A stretch of 64,000 nucleotides of DNA, from NCBI GenBank assembly GCA_002293825.1, contig DBDW01000011.1:9436-73435 (forward strand), read 5' to 3'. Shown here in pieces: positions 19,854 to 31,900 of the stretch (within the stretch, counting starts at the first letter, position 1; each line of letters begins with the position of its first letter). The notes under the pieces were generated by a model that was not told where the DNA came from, ran no database searches, and saw nothing but the letters and a program-made list of their open reading frames with translations. Source of the stretch: Candidatus Magasanikbacteria bacterium UBA922. Its GTDB lineage: Bacteria > Patescibacteriota > Patescibacteriia > Magasanikbacterales > UBA922. The position numbers and the translations under genes are program-made.

Positions 19854-20294
19854 TCAATTCAATTGAATAAGTAATTTTTCTTGAAGTTCAAACATGCGCG
19901 TAGCGTCACTAGACGTCTCATGATCGTACCCAAGAAGATGCAAGATACCATGAACAAGCATTCGAATAAACTCTTCTTTTGTTGAAACTGAAAATCTACG
20001 TGCCTGCCGAATAATTTGTGGAACACAAATAAAGATATCACCTAATTCATTTCCCTGCGCCCGCGAAGATTCACCTTCATACAAACCAAAAGAAAGCACG
20101 TCTGTCGTACGATCTTTTCCTCGATACTGAAAATTCATCCGTCTCATCCGTCGATCTCCAATACAATGCACACTAAGCGACCCGCTAATCTTCAATACAC
20201 GAAGAGTCGAACACGCAATCTGTTCAATACGGACCAAAGAAAGTGGTACTTTTTTTACCGTTCGAAACACAAGACATTCAGACCGATGATTCAT
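19854..20294 (-). CDS. ybeY: rRNA maturation RNase YbeY
   Basis: TDVLSF, GDIFI, HGILHLLGYDH. Confidence 0.97.
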   Translation of the reverse strand: MNHRSECLVFRTVKKVPLSLVRIEQIACSTLRVLKISGSLSVHCIGDRRMRRMNFQYRGKDRTTDVLSFGLYEGESSRAQGNELGDIFICVPQIIRQARRFSVSTKEEFIRMLVHGILHLLGYDHETSSDATRMFELQEKLLIQLN

Positions 20295-20305
20295 AAAAAA
20301 AATAA

Positions 20306-21466
20306 TTATGGAGAAGTGGTCACCATGCTTGACGAAACCATCGTATCGACCACAGTCTCACCCACACTCTCAATAACAGACTGTTCTGGTAGCTGAGCGC
20401 TCGTACCAGAAGGCCTGAAACTCTGATACATCATTTCAAAAGTAGTACGAAATGGAATTGGCGCACGAGAGTCAGGTTGTTGATACAACAATACAAACAC
20501 ATACGCATCTGTAGAAAAATAAGCGACCAGATTATCACTCCGACGAAAACCTTGTATACCAAAACGATTCGTAAAAGATGAAAGTGAGGAAAACTGCTCA
20601 GTCGAAGCATTCACTTGAAACCACTCAGCAAACGATACTGTCTGATTTTTAGAAAACACTCGCACTTCCACGTACTCACCAGTGAGAGTACTAAATAATA
20701 CATGACGAGCTTCTGAATCCACCACACCCTCACGCCATTGAATCGGATAATAGATACGATATCCAGCAAAAGAATTAGTATATTCACGAACCAATCCAGA
20801 ATCCACAATTCGTACTGGTGCAAAACCACGCGGATTGTATAAATTCACAATTTCAAGACCATCGTAATACCCATCCTCATCAGTATCCCACCCACCACTA
20901 TCTGTACTATACAAAACCTCTTCAATATCAGTCACCTGATCCAAATCTACATCAGCTGTAGTTCCCAAATTAACAGGCGGGAATTCAAGAAAATTTGATG
21001 TAAGAGAAATGGTGGTAGAAACAGTGTCGATCATGGTGGAGGTTGTAACAAGATCTATTGAATTTGAGGTAGAGGATGGTAATACCACACCAGATGGTAC
21101 AGTTGTAGAAGATAACGCCGTAGATGAAGTAGAAATCGGTACCACACTGACAGTATTTTTTGCAGACAAATACTGAATCACAAAATATGCAGAAGCGCCC
21201 CCAACAACAAGAATCCCCACACTCACGACTAATACAATTAACTTTGAAATAGGTACCTGTTTTGAAGGTTCAGAAAATTGAGTAGCGCGAGGAGGTGTAG
21301 GGGTACCAGCAGACTTCACAACAAAATCTTTGGAAGGTGCAAGAGTATCATAAATAACAGGATTATTTCCGCCATAAAAAAGATCGGGAATCTTCTGAAT
21401 ATCAAGTGACTCATGTTCATTCACACTTTCAGAAGAAGTCGCTGATTTTGACTTAAATAATCCCAT
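20306..21466 (-). CDS. Single-TM protein with DxDxDG Ca-binding (TSP3-like) repeats and a PsbP-like C-domain
   Basis: TM, Ser/Thr linker, DVDLDQVTD.EE and DTDEDGYYDG.E, YTN...Y.I.YP..W...FEMMYQSFR; start could be TTG at 21481. Confidence 0.7.
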   Translation of the reverse strand: MGLFKSKSATSSESVNEHESLDIQKIPDLFYGGNNPVIYDTLAPSKDFVVKSAGTPTPPRATQFSEPSKQVPISKLIVLVVSVGILVVGGASAYFVIQYLSAKNTVSVVPISTSSTALSSTTVPSGVVLPSSTSNSIDLVTTSTMIDTVSTTISLTSNFLEFPPVNLGTTADVDLDQVTDIEEVLYSTDSGGWDTDEDGYYDGLEIVNLYNPRGFAPVRIVDSGLVREYTNSFAGYRIYYPIQWREGVVDSEARHVLFSTLTGEYVEVRVFSKNQTVSFAEWFQVNASTEQFSSLSSFTNRFGIQGFRRSDNLVAYFSTDAYVFVLLYQQPDSRAPIPFRTTFEMMYQSFRPSGTSAQLPEQSVIESVGETVVDTMVSSSMVTTSP

Positions 21467-21481
21467 ACGTAGCATCTTCAA

Positions 21482-22339
21482 TTACAACGTCGTTGTCGAA
21501 CTTTCTGTTGTAGTAGGTGGCTCAAAAAGTTTTCCCGTACCAAGCGGACTATACCCATTACGAATCTCTTCAGAATCGGTATATCCATCAGTATCAGTAT
21601 CCGAGTTAAGTGGATTTGTTTTCCAAATCAACACCTCATCACCATCAGATAATCCATCACCATCAGTATCCCAATTCAACGTATCAGTTCCATACTGAGA
21701 CTCATCAACATCAATAATTCCATCACTATCAGTATCAGTAGGTTCTCCAAAGAGAATACTATTTTCAGAATTACTCGAAGTAGTCTGCTCTACTGCGGTC
21801 GGAACATTAGAAAGTGGTTCAGTCGTAATCGACGGAGTATCAACAGTGGTATTATTAGTAGTATTTCCGTTCGAAAAACCACTTTCTCCCACCGTATTTT
21901 TAATATATCGTGTATAAATAGAAAAACTACCAAAACCAAGAAGGGCAATAATTAAAATAATTCCAATAAGAACTAAAATCTTACGCGCACTAAAAGGTGT
22001 CTCTTCTGTGGCCTGCTCCATGATATGTTGGTCAGCGTTTTGTTGCTGCTGTAAAAACGGTGCAGATGGTGTCTGAATAGAATACGTAGAATTACTAGAA
22101 GATGCTACTGGAGCAGAATTCGTCTCAGTACTAGCTTGATACGTCACTGGTGCTTTTGGGCGTAAAACTCCTGCATCAAGTGCAGTATTTGGAATCGAAT
22201 TAATCGGCTCTTCGACTGGCTCGTTGTTTTGAGAAATCTGAGATACAGGTTCTGCCTGTTCAAAAATATCCTCAGGCTCTCCAAGGGGAAGATTATTAGG
22301 GGTATTTCCTGTTTTAGGTGGCTGTATATCATCAAACAT
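21482..22339 (-). CDS. Single-TM protein with TSP3-like Ca-binding repeats
   Basis: DTDSDG, DTDGDGLSDGDE, DTDTDGYTDSEE..GYSP. Confidence 0.8.
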   Translation of the reverse strand: MFDDIQPPKTGNTPNNLPLGEPEDIFEQAEPVSQISQNNEPVEEPINSIPNTALDAGVLRPKAPVTYQASTETNSAPVASSSNSTYSIQTPSAPFLQQQQNADQHIMEQATEETPFSARKILVLIGIILIIALLGFGSFSIYTRYIKNTVGESGFSNGNTTNNTTVDTPSITTEPLSNVPTAVEQTTSSNSENSILFGEPTDTDSDGIIDVDESQYGTDTLNWDTDGDGLSDGDEVLIWKTNPLNSDTDTDGYTDSEEIRNGYSPLGTGKLFEPPTTTESSTTTL

Positions 22340-22370
22340 AAAGCAAAAAGTGAGTATTAAAAAATGAAAA

Positions 22371-22727
22371 TTATTTAATCAAAGGATCATATCCTTGAAT
22401 TATCTCTAGACCATCTGGGAATCCATCACCATCAGTGTCAGGATTAGCAGGGTCAGTCTTATAAACCTCAATCTCCAACTTATCAGAAATACCATCGCCA
22501 TCAGTGTCAGATTCCACAGTACTTGTACCATGCACATCTTCATCACTATCAGAAATACCATCGCCATCTCGATCAGAATACCACCAATCAGGAATCTCAA
22601 GCTGTTCCTCGACACCCAAACCCTTATCAGCGCTCTTTGATTGTGTCGTGTACCACCATACCCCCACACCTAAAAATCCAACACCTACGACTAAAGAAAT
22701 TAAAGATATAAAAACTTTTTTTGACAT
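22371..22727 (-). CDS. Small membrane-anchored TSP3-like repeat protein
   Basis: N-terminal TM plus three DxDGDG repeats. Confidence 0.8.
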   Translation of the reverse strand: MSKKVFISLISLVVGVGFLGVGVWWYTTQSKSADKGLGVEEQLEIPDWWYSDRDGDGISDSDEDVHGTSTVESDTDGDGISDKLEIEVYKTDPANPDTDGDGFPDGLEIIQGYDPLIK

Positions 22728-22758
22728 AAAATATATCTAAACGTAGTATATCACACTA

Positions 22759-25700
22759 TCACTGACCCGACAGTGTACATGGCGTGGTATTTGGCATACC
22801 AGCACGAACCTCACATTCACTCGTTACAATCTTACCATGCGGAGCTCCAACAATTGGCACTACTTCATATCCAATTCCAAGGGCAGCACCACTAGAGGCT
22901 GTCCGTACATTTAAATTAAACGCATGCCAATACCGCGCAAGAGGATTTGCACTTGGTATTGCATTTTTAAACACAAACGAATGAGTTGGTTTATAAATTG
23001 AATGTTCAGGAACTTGTCCAAGACGATACTCATACACATCAACCCAAAGCTCATAGTCTTTTAATTGATTAAGTGGACCATTTGGAGACGACACATAAAA
23101 TCCAATCGTATTAAGCGACATCACCTGAGAAGTGCGAAATGTAAACGCCTGAAGACCTTGTGTGGTCGAGGTGGGATTAAGAATTTTATGAATCCAAACA
23201 TTTCCAACTTGCACACAATTACTCGGCACATAATAACCCTGTGAATCTTTCACGGCTTCACCACACCAAGTATTACCTCCTGAAGTAGAAGTGGAAATAT
23301 AGTTAATTGTATTATACGGTCTACCATTATCCTGATACACATTGCCTGTAAATAACACGGTACCGTTCTGCTTCCAGCGCACCACCACACGAATCTGATT
23401 TTCTGGAACTGCAGGAGACATGACTACTTCATTTGTCACCATTCCTGCCTCGCCTCGAACTGAATACTCGAACAAGTCTCCAAGACCTCGCTCTACTACC
23501 TGTACCGGGGTTGTGTTCGATATACTTCCTGAAACCGCCTGACTAATATGATTTTTATTAAATAAAAGAGCATACTCACCATCGCACAAAGAGTTAGTCT
23601 CAAGACCGCGATCAGTAATTGGTTGAAAATTTGAATTAATAAGCAATGTGTAAGGTTCAAACGGATCAATATATGTGTTATCAGAAGCTGTCCGATAATT
23701 GATCTTTCGATACCCAAGCCAATCAAGCGTAAAAGAAGAGTTTGTGTTTTTCTTTCGATATAAATCCACATACCCGACCGTCGGAGTAAATGGCGACTTA
23801 CCCTCTTGAGTCATGGGATTTAATATTGAAATACGTGGAGTGGGTAATGCTAGACCAAGTCCACATGTCGCACACTGCATGCTCAAATTCTGACAAGAAT
23901 TCAAACACGCAACAGTGCCTTTGTCACTACAACGTATAGGTTCTGTGGAAGTGGGCCCATACACAGCAGTTCCCACATAATCACATCTCTCAGTTAATGA
24001 AGAGTTCATTGAATCAATTCTCCCATTACCACAATACGCCACCGCTTCAACAGTCACCGTTTTACACGTATTACTGCAATACGTACAAGAGGTATTATAT
24101 CCTGGAACACACGCACTTCCATTCTGACTTCCCAGATCACACTCTTCCCCAGGATCCAGACGTGACAAACCACTCGCAGGATCATTACTTTGAGGACCAT
24201 TTCCACACAACGCCCCCACAGATTCACGTCGACACTGAGATGAGCACCCATCGCCATTTGACACATTTCCATCATCACACTCTTCCCCACCTTCTATAAT
24301 CCTGTTTCCACAGACCATATTAGTCGCAGTGTTCACAGGAAGTTTACAATACGCGGTACATCCAGACCCGCCACCATTCTGACTTCCCAGATCGCACTCT
24401 TCTCCGTATTGAACCTGTACAATACGATCTCCACAATACGCTCCATAATCCTGACAATTCCATGAACACGAGTTTTGCTTATACTGACTATACTCAAAAC
24501 AACCAAGTATCCCATCAAATGCAGTTACAAATTCATGTGCTCGATCTGCTCTAAAAAACAAATCACCTGTAGTAGACAATGGATTAGAAGTGCCTCCCGC
24601 AGACGCAAATAAATTCAACGTTGACGTGGGAACACCACTAAAACCAATCACGTATGTAGTAATACTATTTTCATTAAGTAATCTAATCACTTCAGCAACC
24701 TGTTCGTCATTCGCGTCGGTAGGCGTACCATCAGTGATAAAAACTAGTTTTTTAGGCACCGCATCATTGGTACCAAAAATAGCATTTCTTTGATCAAGTA
24801 CTGTTTGAAGTGCACAACGTGAAGGTGTTTTTCCATTAGGACTCACACTATCAAGAATGAATCTTGAGTTAGCATCAGTAACAGTACCCAGACCCTGATA
24901 ACACACATCAGTAGAGCTCGAAAAAACACTCAATGAAAAATCAACCTGTGAAAGTAAGTCACTAAAGATGGTGGTCAATCCTGTCTTTGCACTTGCCCAT
25001 CTATTACCCGCACTCATAGAGCTCGAGCGATCGAGCAAAATATGGACCCGAGACTTAATTATCTGTCCATTATCATTTAAGTGTAAACACGCACCCTCAA
25101 CCTCTTCACAAAATTCAAGAGGAGAACCATTGCTATTTCGATCAAGCTCACCATTCCCACAAAACTGTCCAGTAGGAGGATTTCTCCCAATTCGAGGACT
25201 GTCACTCGTACACTGGGTAGTACATCTACTTCCATATTGTCCATTACGCGTGCCTGCATCACACTCTTCCCCATCCTCAACAATGCCATTACCACACATC
25301 TGTGGTGCACCGACACAAGCATTGACATATGAATACTGACACGACGCATTACACGTCACGGTAGCATAAGATCCTACCGGACACACCTGTCCATCAGGTC
25401 CAATTGAAACCACTCTATTTCTCCCTGGAGGATCACATTCCTCCCCCACATTCACAGTACCGTCCCCACACCTACCTCCAATAGGGGTAATGACAGTTTC
25501 AGGAACACAAAATCGATTAAAACTCAGATTATTTAGTCGAGCGTATTGTGAAACAAACGCACCATCAGTGGGTCGTATAAACTCAAATGGAACATGGTAT
25601 TGATATGATTGAGTCGAGGTTACGTATGAATACTCATACATCTGCGCAAATACCGGACATTTGAATGTCGTCGAAGCTACACTCCAACATGTCGCATCAT

Positions 25701-25932
25701 CATACCCTTCACATCCAGCCCAGCGATTCACCGGATCAATTGGCGCTCCACCGATCACACTTCCCAATTTACCCCACGAGGGCCATTTTGAATTAGTATA
25801 TCCAGGAATATAGCTTCCACTTGAAAAGTTCAGATCTGGATTAATATTCTGCGCAGTAACTCGCACTGTCGCGAGACCAAAAAAAATAACAAAAACTATA
25901 CAGAAAAAATAAAACCCAAAACGATAATTCAT
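22759..25932 (-). CDS. Secreted Cys-rich (DUF4215/Myxococcus-type repeat) protein with vWA domain
   Basis: Signal peptide from MNYRF (25932); CGNG/CGDG..E.CD repeats; MIDAS DRSSS, T, ITDG. Confidence 0.8.
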   Translation of the reverse strand: MNYRFGFYFFCIVFVIFFGLATVRVTAQNINPDLNFSSGSYIPGYTNSKWPSWGKLGSVIGGAPIDPVNRWAGCEGYDDATCWSVASTTFKCPVFAQMYEYSYVTSTQSYQYHVPFEFIRPTDGAFVSQYARLNNLSFNRFCVPETVITPIGGRCGDGTVNVGEECDPPGRNRVVSIGPDGQVCPVGSYATVTCNASCQYSYVNACVGAPQMCGNGIVEDGEECDAGTRNGQYGSRCTTQCTSDSPRIGRNPPTGQFCGNGELDRNSNGSPLEFCEEVEGACLHLNDNGQIIKSRVHILLDRSSSMSAGNRWASAKTGLTTIFSDLLSQVDFSLSVFSSSTDVCYQGLGTVTDANSRFILDSVSPNGKTPSRCALQTVLDQRNAIFGTNDAVPKKLVFITDGTPTDANDEQVAEVIRLLNENSITTYVIGFSGVPTSTLNLFASAGGTSNPLSTTGDLFFRADRAHEFVTAFDGILGCFEYSQYKQNSCSWNCQDYGAYCGDRIVQVQYGEECDLGSQNGGGSGCTAYCKLPVNTATNMVCGNRIIEGGEECDDGNVSNGDGCSSQCRRESVGALCGNGPQSNDPASGLSRLDPGEECDLGSQNGSACVPGYNTSCTYCSNTCKTVTVEAVAYCGNGRIDSMNSSLTERCDYVGTAVYGPTSTEPIRCSDKGTVACLNSCQNLSMQCATCGLGLALPTPRISILNPMTQEGKSPFTPTVGYVDLYRKKNTNSSFTLDWLGYRKINYRTASDNTYIDPFEPYTLLINSNFQPITDRGLETNSLCDGEYALLFNKNHISQAVSGSISNTTPVQVVERGLGDLFEYSVRGEAGMVTNEVVMSPAVPENQIRVVVRWKQNGTVLFTGNVYQDNGRPYNTINYISTSTSGGNTWCGEAVKDSQGYYVPSNCVQVGNVWIHKILNPTSTTQGLQAFTFRTSQVMSLNTIGFYVSSPNGPLNQLKDYELWVDVYEYRLGQVPEHSIYKPTHSFVFKNAIPSANPLARYWHAFNLNVRTASSGAALGIGYEVVPIVGAPHGKIVTSECEVRAGMPNTTPCTLSGQ

Positions 25933-25972
25933 ACAAAACAATAATCGAGCTATATAACTAGTATAACACATT

Positions 25973-28900
25973 TCAATTGAACTGTTGATCTGTCCGATCT
26001 TGAGCAGATTGCAATTGCTCAAGCCGCTGTATATCTCTCATAAACTTAGTTGCAGCATTAGAACAAATACCATTCGTTCCTGTTTTTGGGAACCCATCAT
26101 TATTTCTACAATCGAAGTCCGTGACACATGCCAGATTGGTAATTGCCTCAGGAGTGTCGCGAACCGTATATTGATTACCCTCCTGCAAACAACGACCAAA
26201 ATTAGTAAGATTGGTATTAAACACAAGAGAGCCGAGGAGCTGTTCAAAAACCGCACGAGTATCACCACCAGCATTCGCATCAATAGTGAATAAATAAATA
26301 TTATTGTAGATAGAATCGTCTTCAATATTATATGCATTAACATACACACTCGTCTGACTAATCAATGCCGGGTAACCACCTACCGTGGTCTTTGTCATAC
26401 CTACGGTACTTCCAAATCGATCCGTATACCATTCTTCAATAGTTTTGCGTGATCCATCACGCGCGACAGGATTTGCAAAAATCTGAATACCTACCACATC
26501 ATTAGTGGTCTGAGAGAAAAATAAATATCGTCGAAGTGCATCAGGCATATCCATGTCAGAGATTGCACCTAATTCAGCAGGGTCTGTAACCACCTCAATT
26601 GAATTAAAGAATGGTAAATCATCAGTAACGGTAAGTGGATTTCCCTTATCCGCACAATAGGAAAAAGAAAAATTATATTTCGTATCTCTAAAGAGAGTAT
26701 CAACAAACGCCACATCTTCAGAGAGCGTTACATTTCCTGCAGGCCATGGTCGTTGACAAAATAGTGCATCGAGACTAATTATTGATGAATGTGTACGACC
26801 TTGTTGATTATTCTCCGTAGAGGTATCTACGGTAACACGCGCAGTAACCACACCATCAGTATGCCCCTTGAACCCTTTTGACGTGATACGATTATACGCA
26901 GTACTTGTAGCTGGTATATCAAATAATTGATCGTTATTTGGACCCCATGCCCATTCCCACTGATATGTACCAGTTACCGAGACAATTTTCTGTTCTGCAA
27001 AATTGGAAATTGCATACGCAATAAAGTCTTTTGAACTATTAGGTATCGTATACAAACTTTCTTCTGGGTCTACGGTTATGTGAGAAATCTTACAAACCTG
27101 CTCACTCGTTTTGAACATCCACTGATCAGATAAACTCGATGTAAACGGAGATTTTATACTTACCCCCAACGAGTTTCTAATTCCTTCAGTACCACCATTC
27201 AAAAGAACAGAGACATACCGATCACCATCCAATAGTTTTGTAGGATACACAGACACACGAGTAGAACCATCATCTGAATATGAAGCTTTCAATTCAAAAG
27301 GAATATTGGCAGTACACCACACCAAATCAGCAGGAACCTCTTGATTCGGCTCTGACGCAAAAACCGTAACTCGAATTAATCGGGCAAAAAAATTCTTTAT
27401 ATGACTCCACGCACGTACCCAAATACTCTCAGATACCTCTGTGGTCCTATCAAGTAATTCGTTCATAGCAAGTGTCACATTCGTACCACCATGAGAAGAA
27501 CATTCATAGCCCTGCGGATAACCCTGCACCAATTCAATATTATCTTGTGCATATTCAATTGGAATATTTTGATTAAACTCAACTTCAACGTATGTATTTC
27601 GACACACAGGAGCAGTACCAGGCGCAATTCCAGCATTTGCAGCAGGATATTCAGACACACGAATCGGACGCTCTACACAACATGAATTCCGTCCGACACC
27701 AAGCACATTACCCGGATTAGAAGGGCAATCATTGTATATACCACCACGATTCTCGGTATACTCTGTGTATCCACATCTGAGATAATAATCAGCATTTCCA
27801 GAAACAGGAGTAATATCAGTCGCAGCAAGACCAGATTCCAAAAATCTCGAAGTCTGAGCCACAACTTCTGTTTGCAGAAGTCCCACAACCTCTGTACCCG
27901 TATCACTCACCCCACCAACCGACGTAACCACTTGCACAGGATTATCTCCCAATGTTATACGTCTATCATCAGGTTCAGATTCACACGAAAGTACCTCATC
28001 ATCAAAATTACGATATTCGCCAATTCCAGTAATTCCATCTGCACACACGGATGGATTGATATATGTAATTGACGATCCTGCAAAAGTACAATCAGAAAGA
28101 CAGCCTGGCGCACCAGCTTGACACTGGGCAGCTGCTGTATCACATGCGTTTTGCACCAAACATCGATCAGAACATGTGTCTTTTCCATCGACATCCTGCT
28201 CACACTCTTCACCTTGTTCAATAATTCCATTACCACACACACTCAAAGCAGTACCACATACCTGCTGGACTTGTATTCGATTTACATTCTGATATCGTGG
28301 ATCATTAGGATTTCTGAGATATCCATCACACCACTGCTGTGAAAGCTGTGTGCCCCTATTAAGACACTGTACTGAACAATAGTTCGTACCATTAGAGTTA
28401 TCGATTTCACAGTCTTCTCCATACCCTACCTGACCACTCATACATACAGGAATAATGGTATTTTCGGTCAACTCTTGAGAAGATCCAGTATACAGACACG
28501 TGTTGGAACAAAAACCACTCAAGCCTTCAGGGGCACTTGCAGGATCGCATTCTTCACCCACACTCACATCAACCACACCATTACCACACTGCAAAAGTCC
28601 TGTACCAGTATTTGGCACACGCATACCATCGGCACCCATACTGGTATTACCAGGTCTAAGACAACTAAAGTTACAACTACTACCAGGAATTTCTCCTGCA
28701 CGTGCAATATCACAATCTTCACCGAGTTCCACAATACCATTTCCACAAATTGGGTATGGTGCAATAGCGCGCGCAATGTCACTTCCTGCTGGAGTACATC
28801 CAATGGTACAGGTATTTTTTGGACTTCCAGAAAAACTAAATTCACTCACTTTTGCAACACTTTGATTTGCTACCGACCAATCCCAACCAAACTGCCACGG

Positions 28901-31900
28901 ATTGAGAAGTTGTCCTTGTGGACTACACGAATCAGGAGAACCAATCGGTTGTGCTCGATATATTTTTGCTTGACCAATAAAAGTCGCAGTAAACGGATCA
29001 GGTTCCACTCGCACACTATCAGCCAAACAGAGCTGAGCCGAATCTTTAGTTTTAAATTTCCACTGTTTTGATTCAGCACTATTACCAAAACGTACCTCAG
29101 TAACACCTTCAGGATTATTACTCACGACCCCACCAATCGAACGGATACCAGAGCCCATCTGGACTAGATACCAACTATTTTTTTCAAGCGGTACATCTGG
29201 ATATGCACGAAAATATGACGCACTTTGTGAACCTACATTAATATCAAGTTTAAGTTGTGGACCAAGCGTTGCGGGATTGCAACTCTCATCTGCACATTTA
29301 CGCAGAGTAATATTTACTGGCGTAAAATCACCAATATTCATATATTGGCTAAATTCGATACCAATTTCAGCATTAACACATGCTTCGAGACACAATGGCC
29401 ACACACTCTTAGCATACGGATTACCCAAATCAATCACAAGAGTACTCGTAGCTACAATAGTTTCATCATTTTCAATAATTTGGGCTTCAATATCACTCCC
29501 CGTGGGACTATATTGCCAGGCAGTAGCATACCCATGTGAATTAGGTGCTCCTGATTTCTGTGCAGCAGTAGCTGGAGCATTTGTAGTAGGTCCCCACACC
29601 CACGGCTTATCATCTACATTAATAACCGTACACAACAAATTACTCGTACCCACCACCGTGTATGTTAATGGAACAACCGCATCGATATTGAATACCGCAT
29701 TCAAATCTTGATTTAATCCATAACGAGGATCTTGTACAATTCCAAGAAATTTAGTGGTACGTAAACTAGGATTGAGTAGCGCATCAGTGAGCGTACACAT
29801 AAAATCAGCAGGGCCTGTCCTAAAGTCGAAACAATATGCCCATTCACGACCACCCAACTCACAAGATTTTGTTTTTGCAAGAGGATCTCGATTCGAAACA
29901 AGTTGTCCAAACTCAGTACCACCTCGAAGAGATGTAACATCTGAGGAAAGCGCGACACGGTACCATGTATTTGGAAGCAAACGTTGTTCACTATCACGTA
30001 AATCAAAGAAAATGGTGTCATCAGAACTAAACGTTGGAACAAACTGTGTAGTAACATCAGACGAACCATTCGCACAGTTAATCACATTCTCATCTCCTCC
30101 ACAGGTAGCGATCGATACATTACGAATAGCATTTTCAAAAAATACAGAAGAAGGATCAATGGGAAGATTAAATGTAATTGCCAATCGTGAATTGACACAC
30201 TGATTTTTCCCTTCATTTATAGTGGTAGCAGGATCGTCCCACATCACCGAAGGACTGGGTGTAGGAACACTTCCCACCTTACACGACTCAACCACCTCAA
30301 ACGTTCGTGGCATTTTACCAGTCGTAAATCTCCACACATACCCTGCTTCACGTGGAATTCCTTGACATGCAAAATTTCCATGTTTCCACCGACCTTGATC
30401 TGGACCTTCAGTACAGCAGTGAAAGCCAGGTTTTGGTCCAGTATCTTCACGACAATCTAATACCGTATAATCAAGACCATTGCTCACCACCCCGGCTTCA
30501 TTCTCGACTTTGATAGGGCCTGTTGTCATTGAATATCCCGTTACCGGATCATATGGAATTGTAGTACGTATTTCCTGTCCATTAGCAGACGCACTCACAA
30601 TTGACGCACCCCCATATGCCTCGCCATATGCAAGAGAAAGCCAGGTAGTAGGATTAGCTGCCTGCGCAAGCGGATACCAAAATCGTACGACCGGATCAAT
30701 CGTTGTGCCTGCCACAAAATTTTCACCAATAATCTTGAGCGGTTTTGAAACATCAGAAAAAGGAGCAAAGCCACGAGTCGGTTCAATACGGCAAATACTT
30801 GGAGCAGGTGCACCATCGACAATAACTACAGACTCCTTTCCAGAACTTGCAAGCGCATTAACTCCGTCCCCACGTCTCACAATCACAAAATATGAACCAA
30901 GAGTAAATTCAGAAATATTAGGTACTCGTGCAACAATACTTGTATCACTCCACACATCTCCACACACAAGCGGCAATTCACCTGCAGTAAAACAACCACT
31001 TCCTGGACATGTGGTATTTGCATTTTGTGTAAAATACACCGTACCGTCATTCCCAAAACGATTTCCGGTAATTGTGATAAAACTACCTTTTGTAGTAGTA
31101 GACGGTTCAATTTTTGAAATCACCGGAGGAAACAAATCATCAATAGATGTAATCATGAAGGGCACCGGATTACTACGTTCACCACCCTGAGCAGTGACGT
31201 AGACTGGAACCCGATCCTCAATACCAAACGGAACATCTGCTGAAACCAACTCTGTACTCCAAGAAGAAACAGGTGCATTTTGTTGCCCAAACAAAGCGTC
31301 GCCCTGACCAGTTCCAAATCCCGCACCCTCAAGTGATAAGGTAGTACCTTGTGGCGCAGCAGTAGAACCTTTGGTAGAAGTTACCGTCCTACCATCATCA
31401 AGCGTAACCACTCGATCATTTGCAACAGTAACAGAACAAAGATTCGGACGTTGAGTAGTATTATAGGTAAACAACCCGAGCAAAGGCCCAAACAGATCAT
31501 TAGTAGAATCACTCAATCCATTCGCATCAGAAACAGAGATGGCAGGATTATTTGCAAACTGTGTCCCAATACCACCTGCATCAATAATTCGAAAACTTCT
31601 GTCAGAAAAATTGGTAACATAGACATATTTACCCACTGAAGCAACGCCAAATGGTTGCGATAAATCCACATTATTCTGAACGCTTCCTACAATACGCGGA
31701 GCCTGTGGATTGGTAAAATCGACAACGGCAAGACTATTCCCTCTACGATTAATAACAAATCCTTGTGTACCAAAAGTAGAAATTGCAAATGGGCCTGAAA
31801 AATACGTGTTATCCTGCAAAGAGCCAACAATAACTGGAGACACTGGATTACCCACATCGATTACGGCGACACTATTTCGATCAAATACAGTTACATAGGC

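Noticed and set aside
25933-26022. Simple or programmed frameshift joining the 2726-aa and 1087-aa ORFs
   Set aside because: The intervening sequence has a -10 element and a new signal peptide; no slippery heptamer is evident
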